Part shown: positions 18,391 to 28,709 of the stretch, piece after piece | Layout: every line of letters starts with the position of its first letter | Position numbering within the stretch: the first letter of the stretch is position 1 | Assembly: GCA_016839585.1 (NCBI GenBank) | Contig: JAEOTZ010000023.1 | Location: 29,370-93,369 of the forward strand | Length of the DNA: 64,000 nt | Origin: Promethearchaeota archaeon | GTDB lineage: Archaea > Asgardarchaeota > Lokiarchaeia > Sigyniarchaeales > SOKP01 | Direction: 5' to 3' | Translations under genes and position numbers: made by a program | The notes under the pieces: generated by a model | What the model was told of the DNA's origin: nothing | Database searches by the model: none | The model's input: only the letters and a program-made list of their open reading frames with translations

Positions 18391-18768
18391 ATGTATAAAA
18401 TTGAAAAAATAGGGAAAAATCACATTTATATAAAGGTACTTGGAACTTTTCCTCCCTCCGTTGCTAAAAATTTTATTAAAGATTTTGAAGAAAGAACAAA
18501 AGGATTTACAAATTATTCCGTAATTATAGATGGATTAGATTTTATACTACTTAATCTTAAATCTTTTGAGATTATATTAGATTTCCTTAAAAAAAATAAT
18601 GATAGATTAGTGAGATCAGCCTATGTTGTTGCAGATAATCCTGTTTTAGATAAAGAAGCTCAAATTTTATTAGAAAGAGCAAAGTCTCCAAAAAGAAAGA
18701 TTGTTACTAGTCTAGATGAAGCAAAGGAATGGATTGGAATTGAAGATATAATAGTTAAGAGAGATTAA
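18391..18768 (+). CDS. STAS/SpoIIAA-like (SEC14-related) small protein
   Basis: IYIKVLG..YSVIID..LVRSAYVV..IVTSLDEAKEWI. Confidence 0.65.
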   Translation: MYKIEKIGKNHIYIKVLGTFPPSVAKNFIKDFEERTKGFTNYSVIIDGLDFILLNLKSFEIILDFLKKNNDRLVRSAYVVADNPVLDKEAQILLERAKSPKRKIVTSLDEAKEWIGIEDIIVKRD

Positions 18769-18785
18769 CTTTTCTCAATCATTCT

Positions 18786-19586
18786 TTAATTAATATTTAA
18801 TCTTTTCTTACATAATTCAATTGCCTTCGGATTTTTATCTACACCTAGCCAATTCCTATTTAGTTTTTTGGCTACTACTAATGTAGTTCCTGAGCCACAA
18901 AAAAAATCAGCAACAATATCCTCTTCATTTGAGGATGCTAAAATAATTCTCTCAAGTAATTTTTCTGGTTTTTGTGTTGGATATCCAAAATACTCTTTTG
19001 ACCTTGTCCTTGTTTGATAAGAATATATATCATTCCAAACATCACCAATCACATTTCCCGGTTTTTCATCTAAATATTGACGTCCTCCACGTCTTTTTCT
19101 ATATAGGCGACCATCTTCATCCTTATATCTAAACATTTTTTGAATATAATCTTCTTTATATGGTTTATATAGCTTATTGAACGTGTAATTGTCTGATTTT
19201 GTATAAAATAAGATTGTGTCATGTTGTCTTACCCATCCTTTTACTTGACTCTTAAAGCCAGATACACTTCCAACATTCCAAACAATTTCTCTACGAAAAT
19301 GTTTCCTTTTAAAGATGTTATCACACATAGGTTTTAAGTCAAACACAGCATTGTTATCACAATGCAAATAGAAACTACCTGAATGTTTAAGAACACGATA
19401 TATTTCCTTAATTCGTGGTTTCATAAAATCTAAATAATCATCTACCGAAACCCATAAATCAGAGAATTCTTTATAATCCACACCACTATAGAATGGAGGA
19501 TCAATGTAGATTAAGTCAATTAAATCAGAATTCATATTTCTTAAGAAATCCAAATTTTCTGCTAAGTAGACTGTGTTTAACTTCAT
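18786..19586 (-). CDS. Site-specific DNA methyltransferase (N6-A/N4-C, beta class)
   Basis: DLIYIDPPF precedes YPTQKPEKLLERII and VADFFCGSGTT. Confidence 0.93.
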   Translation of the reverse strand: MKLNTVYLAENLDFLRNMNSDLIDLIYIDPPFYSGVDYKEFSDLWVSVDDYLDFMKPRIKEIYRVLKHSGSFYLHCDNNAVFDLKPMCDNIFKRKHFRREIVWNVGSVSGFKSQVKGWVRQHDTILFYTKSDNYTFNKLYKPYKEDYIQKMFRYKDEDGRLYRKRRGGRQYLDEKPGNVIGDVWNDIYSYQTRTRSKEYFGYPTQKPEKLLERIILASSNEEDIVADFFCGSGTTLVVAKKLNRNWLGVDKNPKAIELCKKRLNIN

Positions 19587-19624
19587 ATGAGAATTAAATA
19601 GAACTGAACATTAATAAGATTATT

Positions 19625-20023
19625 ATGAAGAAGGAAAGATTAAATAAGAATTTCTTGGCTGATCTTAAAGATTATGATTTTTTAAAAATAAAAGAAAATA
19701 AGATATATTTAGTTGGTTCTATTCGTTTTAGAGAATATTTTATTAAAATTGAGTCTATCCTTCAGATAACCCATAAAAAACTGGTGAATATCTGTTCAGT
19801 GGACGGTTTATTGAATAAAGAGAAATTTTCAAATGAGGAATGGGATAAATTACAAAAAATTGCATTAAGAAAATTACATGATCAAGAAGCAATATTGGTA
19901 CTTGATATAAATAATTATATTGGAGAACAGTCGAGGGAAGAAATTGACTATTTTAAGAACAAATTAAAAAAACCTATATATTTTCTTTCAGAATTAAACT
20001 TAAAATTATATAAAAATCAATAA
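19625..20023 (+). CDS. Nucleoside 2-deoxyribosyltransferase-like fold protein
   Basis: IYLVGSIRF...AILVLDINNYIGEQSREEIDY..KKPIYF. Confidence 0.5.
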   Translation: MKKERLNKNFLADLKDYDFLKIKENKIYLVGSIRFREYFIKIESILQITHKKLVNICSVDGLLNKEKFSNEEWDKLQKIALRKLHDQEAILVLDINNYIGEQSREEIDYFKNKLKKPIYFLSELNLKLYKNQ

Positions 20024-20121
20024 TTTAAGCAACTCGATATTTTTTAAAGATTTAACTCAATAATAATTACAATCTAATAAATTGTAAAATTTAAGTAAAA
20101 TATTAAGGGTTATATACAATA

Positions 20122-21096
20122 ATGGAATTGTTCCAAATTTTTTGGGACGATCAAAATAAACTTTTTTTAGAATTTAAAAAGAATAAGGAGGAAAAGCAAT
20201 TATTCCTTCCTGAAAATATAAAACGCTTAAATCTACAATTTGAAATTTTAAAACAAGAAATCTTCTATAAAGAACCACCCTATTTAATTTCCATCAAAAA
20301 GTTATTTCATTCAAAAGAAGCTTTATCTTTTGCAATTGATTTAGATTTGATTAGCACTCTTGAGAATCTTCAAATTAAGATATTGCGTTTAGTAATATTT
20401 TTATATTCAGGTCAACGTATTGAATATTCTTTGGAGGAGATGTTTAAAATGTCAGAAATCTCAATTAATGAGGACTGTTATGTAGGATACGAGATTGAAA
20501 ATTTAGACCCAAATAAAAATCTAAAAGGCACTTTTACTCAAGAAAAAATCTATGAAGAAATCAAAACAGAATATACTAAATATGAACAAAAAAGAACTAT
20601 TGTATATGAAAAGAAAGCTTTTGAATCCATTCCTAAAAACAATTCACTGATTTCAATGATCAGTGAAAGTAATAAGACATTAAAGAATATTGAAGAGCAA
20701 TTAAAAAATCTAACAGTAGTCTTAAAAAATGGGAGTTTTACCAATCAACAGTATCTTCCAGCTCCTCCTGTTATTAAAAGAAGTCAAGAAATAGGTATTG
20801 AAAGAATAAAACAACCATATTCAAAAGATGGCTTAATCCAAAGTGGAGTATCTTCAGCTAAAATATTAGTAATTAAAGAAATGAAATCGGTTTTTAAAGA
20901 AAGTATTGAAAAAAATAATGGATTTAGTATAAAAGATATTTTAAAACCTATGAGTGATGAAGAGCTTAAGAGTTTAATCCTAGATGAAAAACAATTAGAG
21001 GAAAAAGAAGAAGAAGCTATTAAGAATCAAATAAAACGATTAGAGAAACATAAAAAAAAAGAACTATCCTTAGAAAAATTAAAAAAACCTAAGTGA
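20122..21096 (+). CDS. Hypothetical coiled-coil protein
   Basis: Long intact ORF; coiled coil, short Pro-rich patch, charged C-terminus. Confidence 0.65.
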   Translation: MELFQIFWDDQNKLFLEFKKNKEEKQLFLPENIKRLNLQFEILKQEIFYKEPPYLISIKKLFHSKEALSFAIDLDLISTLENLQIKILRLVIFLYSGQRIEYSLEEMFKMSEISINEDCYVGYEIENLDPNKNLKGTFTQEKIYEEIKTEYTKYEQKRTIVYEKKAFESIPKNNSLISMISESNKTLKNIEEQLKNLTVVLKNGSFTNQQYLPAPPVIKRSQEIGIERIKQPYSKDGLIQSGVSSAKILVIKEMKSVFKESIEKNNGFSIKDILKPMSDEELKSLILDEKQLEEKEEEAIKNQIKRLEKHKKKELSLEKLKKPK

Positions 21097-21238
21097 ATTT
21101 CGGAATTTTGCTTTAATTTAAAATAAAATCGAAATTATTTAGATTAAATGTATCATAAATAAATACTTATAAATCTTTTATTGCTTTCCAATATTAAATT
21201 ATAATTAAAGCTTGTTTATTCAATCGAGGTTAAAAAAA

Positions 21239-22015
21239 ATTTTATTAAATTACTTCATAGGAACAGCGGGAAGTGGAAAGTCTACACTTACCGGTGATTT
21301 AAAACACTATATTTCAAATCGAAACCCTGAAGTTTCAGTTATTACAATTAATTTGGATCCTGGAGTAAGAGTTATTTCTTACGCTCCTGATATAGATATC
21401 AGGGATTTCATTGTTCTTGAGGAAGTTATGGAAAAATATGGATTAGGTCCTAACGGAGCGATGATATTGGCTTCTGATTTAATGGTTAATTATCTAGATG
21501 ATATTAAGGATGAGATAGACGAGTTTAATCCAGATTGGATTTTAGCAGATACAGCAGGCCAGTTAGAACTTTTTGCGTTTCGTGAAACAGGCCCATTGAT
21601 TGCTAGTGCATTAGGATTTGGATCCATTCAAAGATCTGTAAGCTTTCTTTTTGATTCTAACTTTGTACTCAGACCAAATGGTTTTATTTCAACATTACTT
21701 CTAGCTGCTTCTGTACAATTTCGATTTAGAAGAATCCCTCAAATTAATGTTCTTTCTAAAGCAGACTTATTAGATGAGGATCAGATAGATATGATTGTTA
21801 ATTGGAGTCAAGATTTTAAAGCATTGGAAGAATCTACAAGTGAACGAGAAGGTGGATTAATTAGAGAATTGTCAATGAATTTATCAGAAGTTTTTCTTCA
21901 AATGGGATCAACTGCAGAACTAATACCTTGTAGTACAAAAGAAGAACATGGTCTTGATCTATTATTTGGATATTTACAAAGAGTTTTTGATTCTGATAAA
22001 TCAAAATATTATTAA
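21239..22015 (+). CDS. GPN-loop GTPase (start probably ATT 21239; track gives TTG 21212)
   Basis: GTAGSGKST, NLDPG, YGLGPNG, DTAGQLELF, LSKADLL; GAGGT SD upstream of ATT. Confidence 0.92.
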   Translation: MLLNYFIGTAGSGKSTLTGDLKHYISNRNPEVSVITINLDPGVRVISYAPDIDIRDFIVLEEVMEKYGLGPNGAMILASDLMVNYLDDIKDEIDEFNPDWILADTAGQLELFAFRETGPLIASALGFGSIQRSVSFLFDSNFVLRPNGFISTLLLAASVQFRFRRIPQINVLSKADLLDEDQIDMIVNWSQDFKALEESTSEREGGLIRELSMNLSEVFLQMGSTAELIPCSTKEEHGLDLLFGYLQRVFDSDKSKYY

Positions 22016-22078
22016 TACCTTAAGATATAAGTAAAGCACAATTATTTTAATTTAGTATAAGATCATTCTCTACGAAAA

Positions 22079-23176
22079 ATGAAAATAATAGGTCCAATAG
22101 CCGGCATAGGCTCAAGACTTCGCCCATTTACGTTAAGCAAGCCAAAGGCTTTTATAAGAGTAGCTGGTAAAACAGTCCTGGATCACATCTTAGATAAATT
22201 CACAAATACATTTGATTCGGAAACTGAATTAATCCTAATCGTTGGATACAAGAAAAGACAAATTATTGATTATATTAAAAAAAATTATAGCGATAAATTT
22301 AAACTTACTTTTATCGAGCAAGTCCCTCGCGGCTATAAGGAGGATATTCCATATTATTGGGGCCTTGGAGAAGCTGTATACCTAGCACATAAAAGATTTA
22401 AAAAGCAGGAATTCAAATCCAATGAAGATGATAAAAGAGCAGGATCTTTGATTTTTCTAAGTGATATGATCCCAATTGTCGAATATTCATACTTAATGTA
22501 TCGGTATTATGAATCGGACGTAGATGGTATCATTACTGTTATAGAAGTTCCTAAAGAAGATGCAATTTCATACGGTGTCGTAACTATTGATGAGAATTCA
22601 ATTATAAGAAGATTAGTCGAGAAACCAAAAGAATTTGTATCAAATTTAGCTATTGCTGGCATTTATGCTTTTTCAAATTCTGCTACACATGCGCTTTTTA
22701 GAAATATTAAAAAATATCTAAATAATAGAAAAGAGAATTCAAAAGAAATATATTTAACAGAAAGTCTTCAAGATTTAGTAAATAGTGGATATAAAATTGC
22801 TGCTGTTAATCTAAAGCAAGGTATTTTGGACTTTGGACGTCCTTCAGAAGTGTTAAATGGAAATAAATATCTTTTAGAACAAAATTCCATTAAAAAAGAG
22901 GATTTCCAATCATTAAATATTACTATAGATAAGTCATTCATAAAGAATCCTATACATCTTGGCAAAAATACAAATATTGTAAATTCAGTTATTGGACCGT
23001 ATGTATCTATAGGGAAAAATTCATTCATACAAAATTCAATTTTAAGAAATTGCGTTATTGAAGAGAGTGTAAAGTTGAAAAATATCATTACAGAAAATTC
23101 AATCATAGGAAGTAATGTGAAAGTTGAAAATATAAGCCAATCAGGTTTAATTATCGGTGATAAAAGTATCTTTTAG
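22079..23176 (+). CDS. Sugar-phosphate nucleotidyltransferase (glucose-1-phosphate thymidylyltransferase-like, long form)
   Basis: AGIGSRLRPFT..PK; YGVV; LVEKP; AIAGIY; C-terminal left-handed beta-helix. Confidence 0.9.
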   Translation: MKIIGPIAGIGSRLRPFTLSKPKAFIRVAGKTVLDHILDKFTNTFDSETELILIVGYKKRQIIDYIKKNYSDKFKLTFIEQVPRGYKEDIPYYWGLGEAVYLAHKRFKKQEFKSNEDDKRAGSLIFLSDMIPIVEYSYLMYRYYESDVDGIITVIEVPKEDAISYGVVTIDENSIIRRLVEKPKEFVSNLAIAGIYAFSNSATHALFRNIKKYLNNRKENSKEIYLTESLQDLVNSGYKIAAVNLKQGILDFGRPSEVLNGNKYLLEQNSIKKEDFQSLNITIDKSFIKNPIHLGKNTNIVNSVIGPYVSIGKNSFIQNSILRNCVIEESVKLKNIITENSIIGSNVKVENISQSGLIIGDKSIF

Positions 23177-23318
23177 ATAATCAATTTAAACAGAAAATTT
23201 GAGAATTATTATATTTTATAGTTAAATATTAAAGATAAAAAGATTAAAATACTAATTAATAGTAATAAGATTTTGAATAAATTAGAAATTTAATTAAATA
23301 TGGTTTTGATGAGTTAAG

Positions 23319-24725
23319 ATGCCTTTTAATATTGCATTTGATATAGCACATAAACCAAGGGGTAGAATCGATGAAAACCTCACTGAACTTCGAGATTATT
23401 TAAATACAAATGATTTTGTATGTTATAACTTTTTAGAAGCACCAATAACAGAAGAATCTTTAATGCCATATGATATCTTAGTATTTGTATGCCCTGATTT
23501 TGCAAAGATATCTCCTTTAGAAATTACTGAGATTATAAACTGGATTAAAAATGCTGGCGGAGGTTTATTATTATTATCTCATGCTGGTGGTGATAGAGGT
23601 CGCAATAGTAATTTATCTGAAATTTCTGAACAATTTGGTATTGCTTTTGAAAATGATCAAGTTTTGGATGAAACTATTAATTTAGGCATTGAGAATATAC
23701 CAAAAATCTCTACCTTCAATATTCCCCATCCTATAACAACTGAAATCTATTCATTATGCTATCGCTCTGGATGCTCACTTACGATTATCGGTGGTGGTGC
23801 TTTTTCAATAGCCGATTCCAATGAAACTTCTGAACCATTTTCTTGTCCTTTGATTTGTGTTTCTGAATCAGAATATGGTAGAGTTTGTTGTATTGGAAGT
23901 TATGAAATTTTTAGAGATAAAGTTGGAGGTGGCTTTCAATGTGATCAACACCCAGATTTAGCTTTGAATATTTTTAAATGGCTAGTTTCTGATTATCGAA
24001 TGGACTTAAGATCAAGTGGTCAAATTCCTGTTCCCTCACCTGATATCCCTAGTGGTTCAACTCAGGTAGCGGAACCATTGGATACAACTGCTAAATCTAC
24101 CTCAACTACTAAACGAGCTATTGATATTGATTTTTCAATGAAAATTTATAAGAAAAGTGAATTAATGGAACTATTAAAAATCTTTCAAAATCAAATAAAT
24201 ACAATAAAAAATACGATTGATAAATTGATAAAAACAACTGAAGCGTCAGAAAAAGAGATTATTGAACTTACTGAGACTAAGACTTCCAAGATACCTTCAC
24301 AAACTCAAGAGTTTGTTCCAGATGCTCAAATTTCAGAAGAAACTGAAAAGCAAGATTATATCAAACTGGGGGAACAAGGAGAGCCAACTCTAACTGCTTT
24401 ACCTCCAAAACCGGGGACACTAAAAACAGACCAAGATTTTATAGGATTACCTTTAGTTGATGATGAATCTAAGATTTCTTTAAAACCTGCTCCTAAACTT
24501 AAAAAGCAATCCAAAGCAAAATCAATTAAAGAATTAAGAGAAGAAAAGAAAGGATTAGTAACCAAAGTAGATTCTGTTGAAAATTTAATGAAAATTATTG
24601 ATAATAAACGCGATAGTGGAAAAATAGATGATGAATCTTATATTAAGCAATCAAAAAGATTACAAGCAGATTTAAAGAAAGCTAAAAAGAGGATGGCATC
24701 AATCGATAAACTTTTGAAAAAATAA
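23319..24725 (+). CDS. GIFT (GldG/IFT52-like) domain protein with C-terminal coiled coil
   Basis: IAFDIAH; PITEESLMPYDILVFVCP; GGGLLLLSHAGGD..SNLSEISEQFGIAFEND; HPIT; GRVCCIGS; N..LALNIFKWL-type terminal helix. Confidence 0.72.
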   Translation: MPFNIAFDIAHKPRGRIDENLTELRDYLNTNDFVCYNFLEAPITEESLMPYDILVFVCPDFAKISPLEITEIINWIKNAGGGLLLLSHAGGDRGRNSNLSEISEQFGIAFENDQVLDETINLGIENIPKISTFNIPHPITTEIYSLCYRSGCSLTIIGGGAFSIADSNETSEPFSCPLICVSESEYGRVCCIGSYEIFRDKVGGGFQCDQHPDLALNIFKWLVSDYRMDLRSSGQIPVPSPDIPSGSTQVAEPLDTTAKSTSTTKRAIDIDFSMKIYKKSELMELLKIFQNQINTIKNTIDKLIKTTEASEKEIIELTETKTSKIPSQTQEFVPDAQISEETEKQDYIKLGEQGEPTLTALPPKPGTLKTDQDFIGLPLVDDESKISLKPAPKLKKQSKAKSIKELREEKKGLVTKVDSVENLMKIIDNKRDSGKIDDESYIKQSKRLQADLKKAKKRMASIDKLLKK

Positions 24726-24810
24726 TATTTTAAGGTTTATATTTTTAGATTAAATTTCTTATAGAAGAAAATAGTGAAAAAAAGGGCGATAACACACTCT
24801 TTTAATGATA

Positions 24811-25230
24811 CTATTTAATAATATCTGTTATAAAACACGTTTCCATAATTTTAACTCCCCCAATTCGGGAGATTTTTTCCTCAATTAATGGATTAAATTG
24901 TTCAATTGAAGGGATTTCCACCTTTATAAATAATCCACAATCGCCGCTAAGTCTCCAAATATCTGTAATTTCCTCAATTCCTATTAATCCTTTTAAAATA
25001 TTTTTAATCTCTTTAAAGTTAGGTTCGATTTTTACAGTAGCTCGGGTTTTAGGTTTTGAATCTATATTATATTCAATTGTAAATTTTTTAATGACTCCTT
25101 CTTCTATTAAATTCTTGACTCTTCTTCTTACTGTTGCTTCTGTTTTCCCTACATTTTCAGAAATGTCGTTATACGACATTCTCCCGTCATCTTTTAATAA
25201 TTCTAATATTTTTAAATCTACTATATCCAT
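24811..25230 (-). CDS. Lrp/AsnC family transcriptional regulator
   Basis: MDIVDLKILELLKDDGRMSY..TVRRRVKNL..GVIKKF; RAM domain LSGDC. Confidence 0.93.
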   Translation of the reverse strand: MDIVDLKILELLKDDGRMSYNDISENVGKTEATVRRRVKNLIEEGVIKKFTIEYNIDSKPKTRATVKIEPNFKEIKNILKGLIGIEEITDIWRLSGDCGLFIKVEIPSIEQFNPLIEEKISRIGGVKIMETCFITDIIK

Positions 25231-25527
25231 TGTCGGTATATTCTTTTTTGATTATTTGATTATTAAATATGATAAATTATTTATTAAATTTTTTCTTTTT
25301 TGTTATCAAATTTTTAATTTCGTTTTTGAGAAAATTAATTTTGTTAAAAAATATTAATAAGGGTTTAACAAACTATAAAAATAAATTTATCAATCTATAA
25401 ATAATCCACTAAGATATTTTAATATTCGATAAAATTATTGTATAATGATTGAAAACTATTGTATAATTAGAAGTTATAAATTAATTGATGATAAATTTCA
25501 ATAACTTTAAAAATGTATATTTAAATT

Positions 25528-25838
25528 ATGAGTAATCTTTTTCTAGGTTTAGACTGTTCAACTCAAAGTTTAACTGGATTAATAATAGATTATGATTCTA
25601 GTAAGGTTTTATTTCGATATAATATAAATTTTGAAAAGGATCTCCCTCACTATAATACAAAAAATGGTACTATTATATGTGAAGATAAAAAAGTTGTTCA
25701 TTTTTATCCGCTGATGTGGGTTGATGCATTAGAATTGTTATTTTCTAGATATATAAAAAATTTGAAGCGTTTGCTCTTAGGAATCGAAAAAATCCTGAAA
25801 ATAAACGTATAGAATTTATAAAAAAGCATTTTTCATAA
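25528..25838 (+). pseudogene. Xylulokinase (FGGY) remnant with a large deletion
   Basis: LFLGLDCSTQS...FEKDLPHYNTKNG..PLMWVDALELL N-terminus only; FGGY kinases are normally around 500 aa. Confidence 0.75.
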
Positions 25839-25887
25839 GAATATAAATGAAAAAAAAATAAAAAAACAAACTATTGTTAATTCTCGA

Positions 25888-28443
25888 CTATTTTCGTTTA
25901 GTTAGTAGTAGCCATATAGTAAAAAGAGCGCTTATAGCAAGGAGTACACTTCCACTAATAATAAAACTCATAAAATAAATATTACCGATTTCATCGTGAT
26001 TTAATGGTAATCCTGATTCTTCTTGTAATAAACTAAGAGCAAAATTATCACGAATAAAATTTAACCAATCTAAAATTGCATCCATTTGATCATTATTTAA
26101 ATCAAGGGCATTTTTTAAATAATTATATGTACTGGATACTTTCATTGCTTTAAACCATTTTGGAAATCCTAAATGGTTAGTGAGCGCTAAATCATTAAGA
26201 TCATTAGTGTGAAAAGGAATCCAAATTGTAGTAGGAGACCAAAGTATTTCTGCTACTTCTTTAGTAATATTTGTAGATGTTGGGATACCCACTTCCCAAC
26301 CATCAAGCGAATCAACCCCTATTATTAAAGATGCACCGGGATCCAGTCCCTCCTTGAATAATGAACCATTTGTCCATTGACGATAAAATTCAAAGACTGT
26401 TAAATCTTCCAACGTATAATACTCTGGAAGGTGTGTAATTGGATGCTCATAAGCTGTAGCAATCTCAACCATGTTTGGGACTACAATATTCTTAAATGTG
26501 GTAAATAACCAATTAGTTATCATGTTGAATTGAGTATTATTAAGTTGAAAAATATTCATTAATTCTGCTTGTACAGTTGGATTTACCTCATATGCTTCAA
26601 TCCATTTTAAAAGTCCATCTTTATTGATAAATGCTGATTTATTATACTCGTCAAAGAGAGCAGTAGCTGTAGATAGTGAAATATTACTTGGAGTTGGAAC
26701 GCCCACTTCAAATCCTTTAGTTCCACTTCCAAATGGATCCAGATCTAACCCACTACTATCTACAGTTCCATTAGCCCATTGCATTAAAATTACAACAGGT
26801 GCATATTCCAATGGTGTAACATTTTCTCCTTGGAAATTTAAGTAAGTAAATAAAATTGGTACAATAATTAGTCGAATTGTATTGAATATCCATCTATAAA
26901 ATTGGCTGTGAGTGGTATTATAAATTAAAAATTCATCCATATTAAAAGTTGCATTTAATTCATTTTGCGCTGTTATATCTCCCTTATAAGCATCAAACCA
27001 TTTTTTAATTCCACTTTCATTCACAATTGAATGTGAATTACTTGGATCCCATAAATCTTGAACTGTACTATTTATAATATTAGACGCATCAGGAATACCT
27101 AATTCCAGACCTTTTTCTTCGACTGCCGCAACTATATCTCTGATTAAATAATCGCTTATATATTCTCCTAATGGTAGAAGTTGATCATTCCACGTAGCAT
27201 TGTATGTAGTTTCCATCAAAGTTCTGGTTCCAATATCTATAATAGCTAAATCATAAAGAACCATCCATTTTACTAGACCAAGACCAACTGATAATTGAGT
27301 CAACAAACCAGGGGAATCAAGATAACCATCAAGTAATCGTTCTTGAGCAGTAGAAGTATAATTTAAACTGTACGTAACATTACTCACATGCTCCGATACT
27401 CCCTTAAGAGTGGATGAGATATTAGTTTGTACTGTATAATTATTGAAAAACCATTCTCTTGCAAGGGTTTCATTATCTTCTGTATATAATTTTATCTCTC
27501 TTATTGTTTTAGAGATATAGTAAGCTCCTACTATGCTTTTCATCTCAAACTCAAGTTCTTCGAGAATATCTTCTAAATTTAATCCACTTGGGTAATAAGA
27601 GCCATTTGTCCATTGACTATAAAATACTGAATTCGCATAAGTTTCTATATCTAAAGGTTCATATTCCTTTTTAACAATCTCAGGCCAAAGAAATGTAGTG
27701 ATATAAGCCGATACGTTTTGGAGTTGTTTAGAATTCCAAGAACAATTATAAACTAATTCCATTGTACTTCTTGAACCAGGATCAACTTCTGCATCAGCAT
27801 AAAAATCTAACCATTCTATAAGACCTACACCAGTCTCAAGATCAGTAAGTATTCCTGGATAGTCAGTATCTCCCAGCGTATACCCATACAATATTTTAGA
27901 AGACGTACTAGATGAATAGTTAAGACTTACTGTCCCACCCATCATACGCTCCGAAATTCCTTCTATTGCAGTAGAAAAATCATCTTGAAAAGTATAATTA
28001 TTGAAAAATTGGTTTCTGGCGTTATCCCAAGTACTACTGTTATAGATCGTTAAATTAGCTATTGCGTTATAAATAATATTAGCAGCTCCTGTGCTATTTA
28101 TTATTAAAGGTAATTTCTTAAGAGTTCTGTTTTGAAGGATTAATAGAGTATCAGGAATGGCTTCAACTTTAACCACATCATCAGAAATATTTGGTGCTAA
28201 CATATTTCGGATTCCATCAAGAACTTCAGGAATTCCTAAACCAAGAAATTGGGATTCTATTTCAGGAAGAACTTCTTCTTGAATTTGTAAAAGTGTATTC
28301 GGAATTTCAGCATAAACTTCGTTTCTAATATATCCATTTATTAATGCCCCAACGGGCATCAATCCTAAACTAAAAGCTATTGCAAGTACCGAAATGTATA
28401 GTTTTGCTTTAGATAGCATAATAAATATTTTGAATTGTTTCAT
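25888..28443 (-). CDS. Two-TM membrane glycoprotein built from repeats related to the CD36 insertion region
   Basis: TM at both ends; three copies each of QW(T/A)NG..G L and G(L/F/W)E(L/V)G(I/V)P..SNI...W; many N-x-S/T sequons. Confidence 0.75.
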   Translation of the reverse strand: MKQFKIFIMLSKAKLYISVLAIAFSLGLMPVGALINGYIRNEVYAEIPNTLLQIQEEVLPEIESQFLGLGIPEVLDGIRNMLAPNISDDVVKVEAIPDTLLILQNRTLKKLPLIINSTGAANIIYNAIANLTIYNSSTWDNARNQFFNNYTFQDDFSTAIEGISERMMGGTVSLNYSSSTSSKILYGYTLGDTDYPGILTDLETGVGLIEWLDFYADAEVDPGSRSTMELVYNCSWNSKQLQNVSAYITTFLWPEIVKKEYEPLDIETYANSVFYSQWTNGSYYPSGLNLEDILEELEFEMKSIVGAYYISKTIREIKLYTEDNETLAREWFFNNYTVQTNISSTLKGVSEHVSNVTYSLNYTSTAQERLLDGYLDSPGLLTQLSVGLGLVKWMVLYDLAIIDIGTRTLMETTYNATWNDQLLPLGEYISDYLIRDIVAAVEEKGLELGIPDASNIINSTVQDLWDPSNSHSIVNESGIKKWFDAYKGDITAQNELNATFNMDEFLIYNTTHSQFYRWIFNTIRLIIVPILFTYLNFQGENVTPLEYAPVVILMQWANGTVDSSGLDLDPFGSGTKGFEVGVPTPSNISLSTATALFDEYNKSAFINKDGLLKWIEAYEVNPTVQAELMNIFQLNNTQFNMITNWLFTTFKNIVVPNMVEIATAYEHPITHLPEYYTLEDLTVFEFYRQWTNGSLFKEGLDPGASLIIGVDSLDGWEVGIPTSTNITKEVAEILWSPTTIWIPFHTNDLNDLALTNHLGFPKWFKAMKVSSTYNYLKNALDLNNDQMDAILDWLNFIRDNFALSLLQEESGLPLNHDEIGNIYFMSFIISGSVLLAISALFTIWLLLTKRK

Positions 28444-28709
28444 ATAAATTTTACCACATATATTTCTTCTGTTATTGATTTTTCAAACAGTTTGACCATG
28501 GTATGAAAAAGTTAGAAAATTTAATTCAATGAGAAACCTTATTACTGGTAGATTTTAATAAATGACAATATAAAGCGCATTTTGGAAGATCTATACTTAT
28601 GATTGACTTTATTTTGAGATATTAAACCTAAAGATTCAAAAAAATTTAATTGAAAATTTTGATCTATCTATTAAATAAAAAAAAACTTTTTTATTGATTT
28701 TTAATTAAA

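Noticed and set aside
7700-20050. Integrated element at tRNA-Trp
   Set aside because: The region looks variable, but I found no integrase, transposase or duplicated tRNA 3' end by eye
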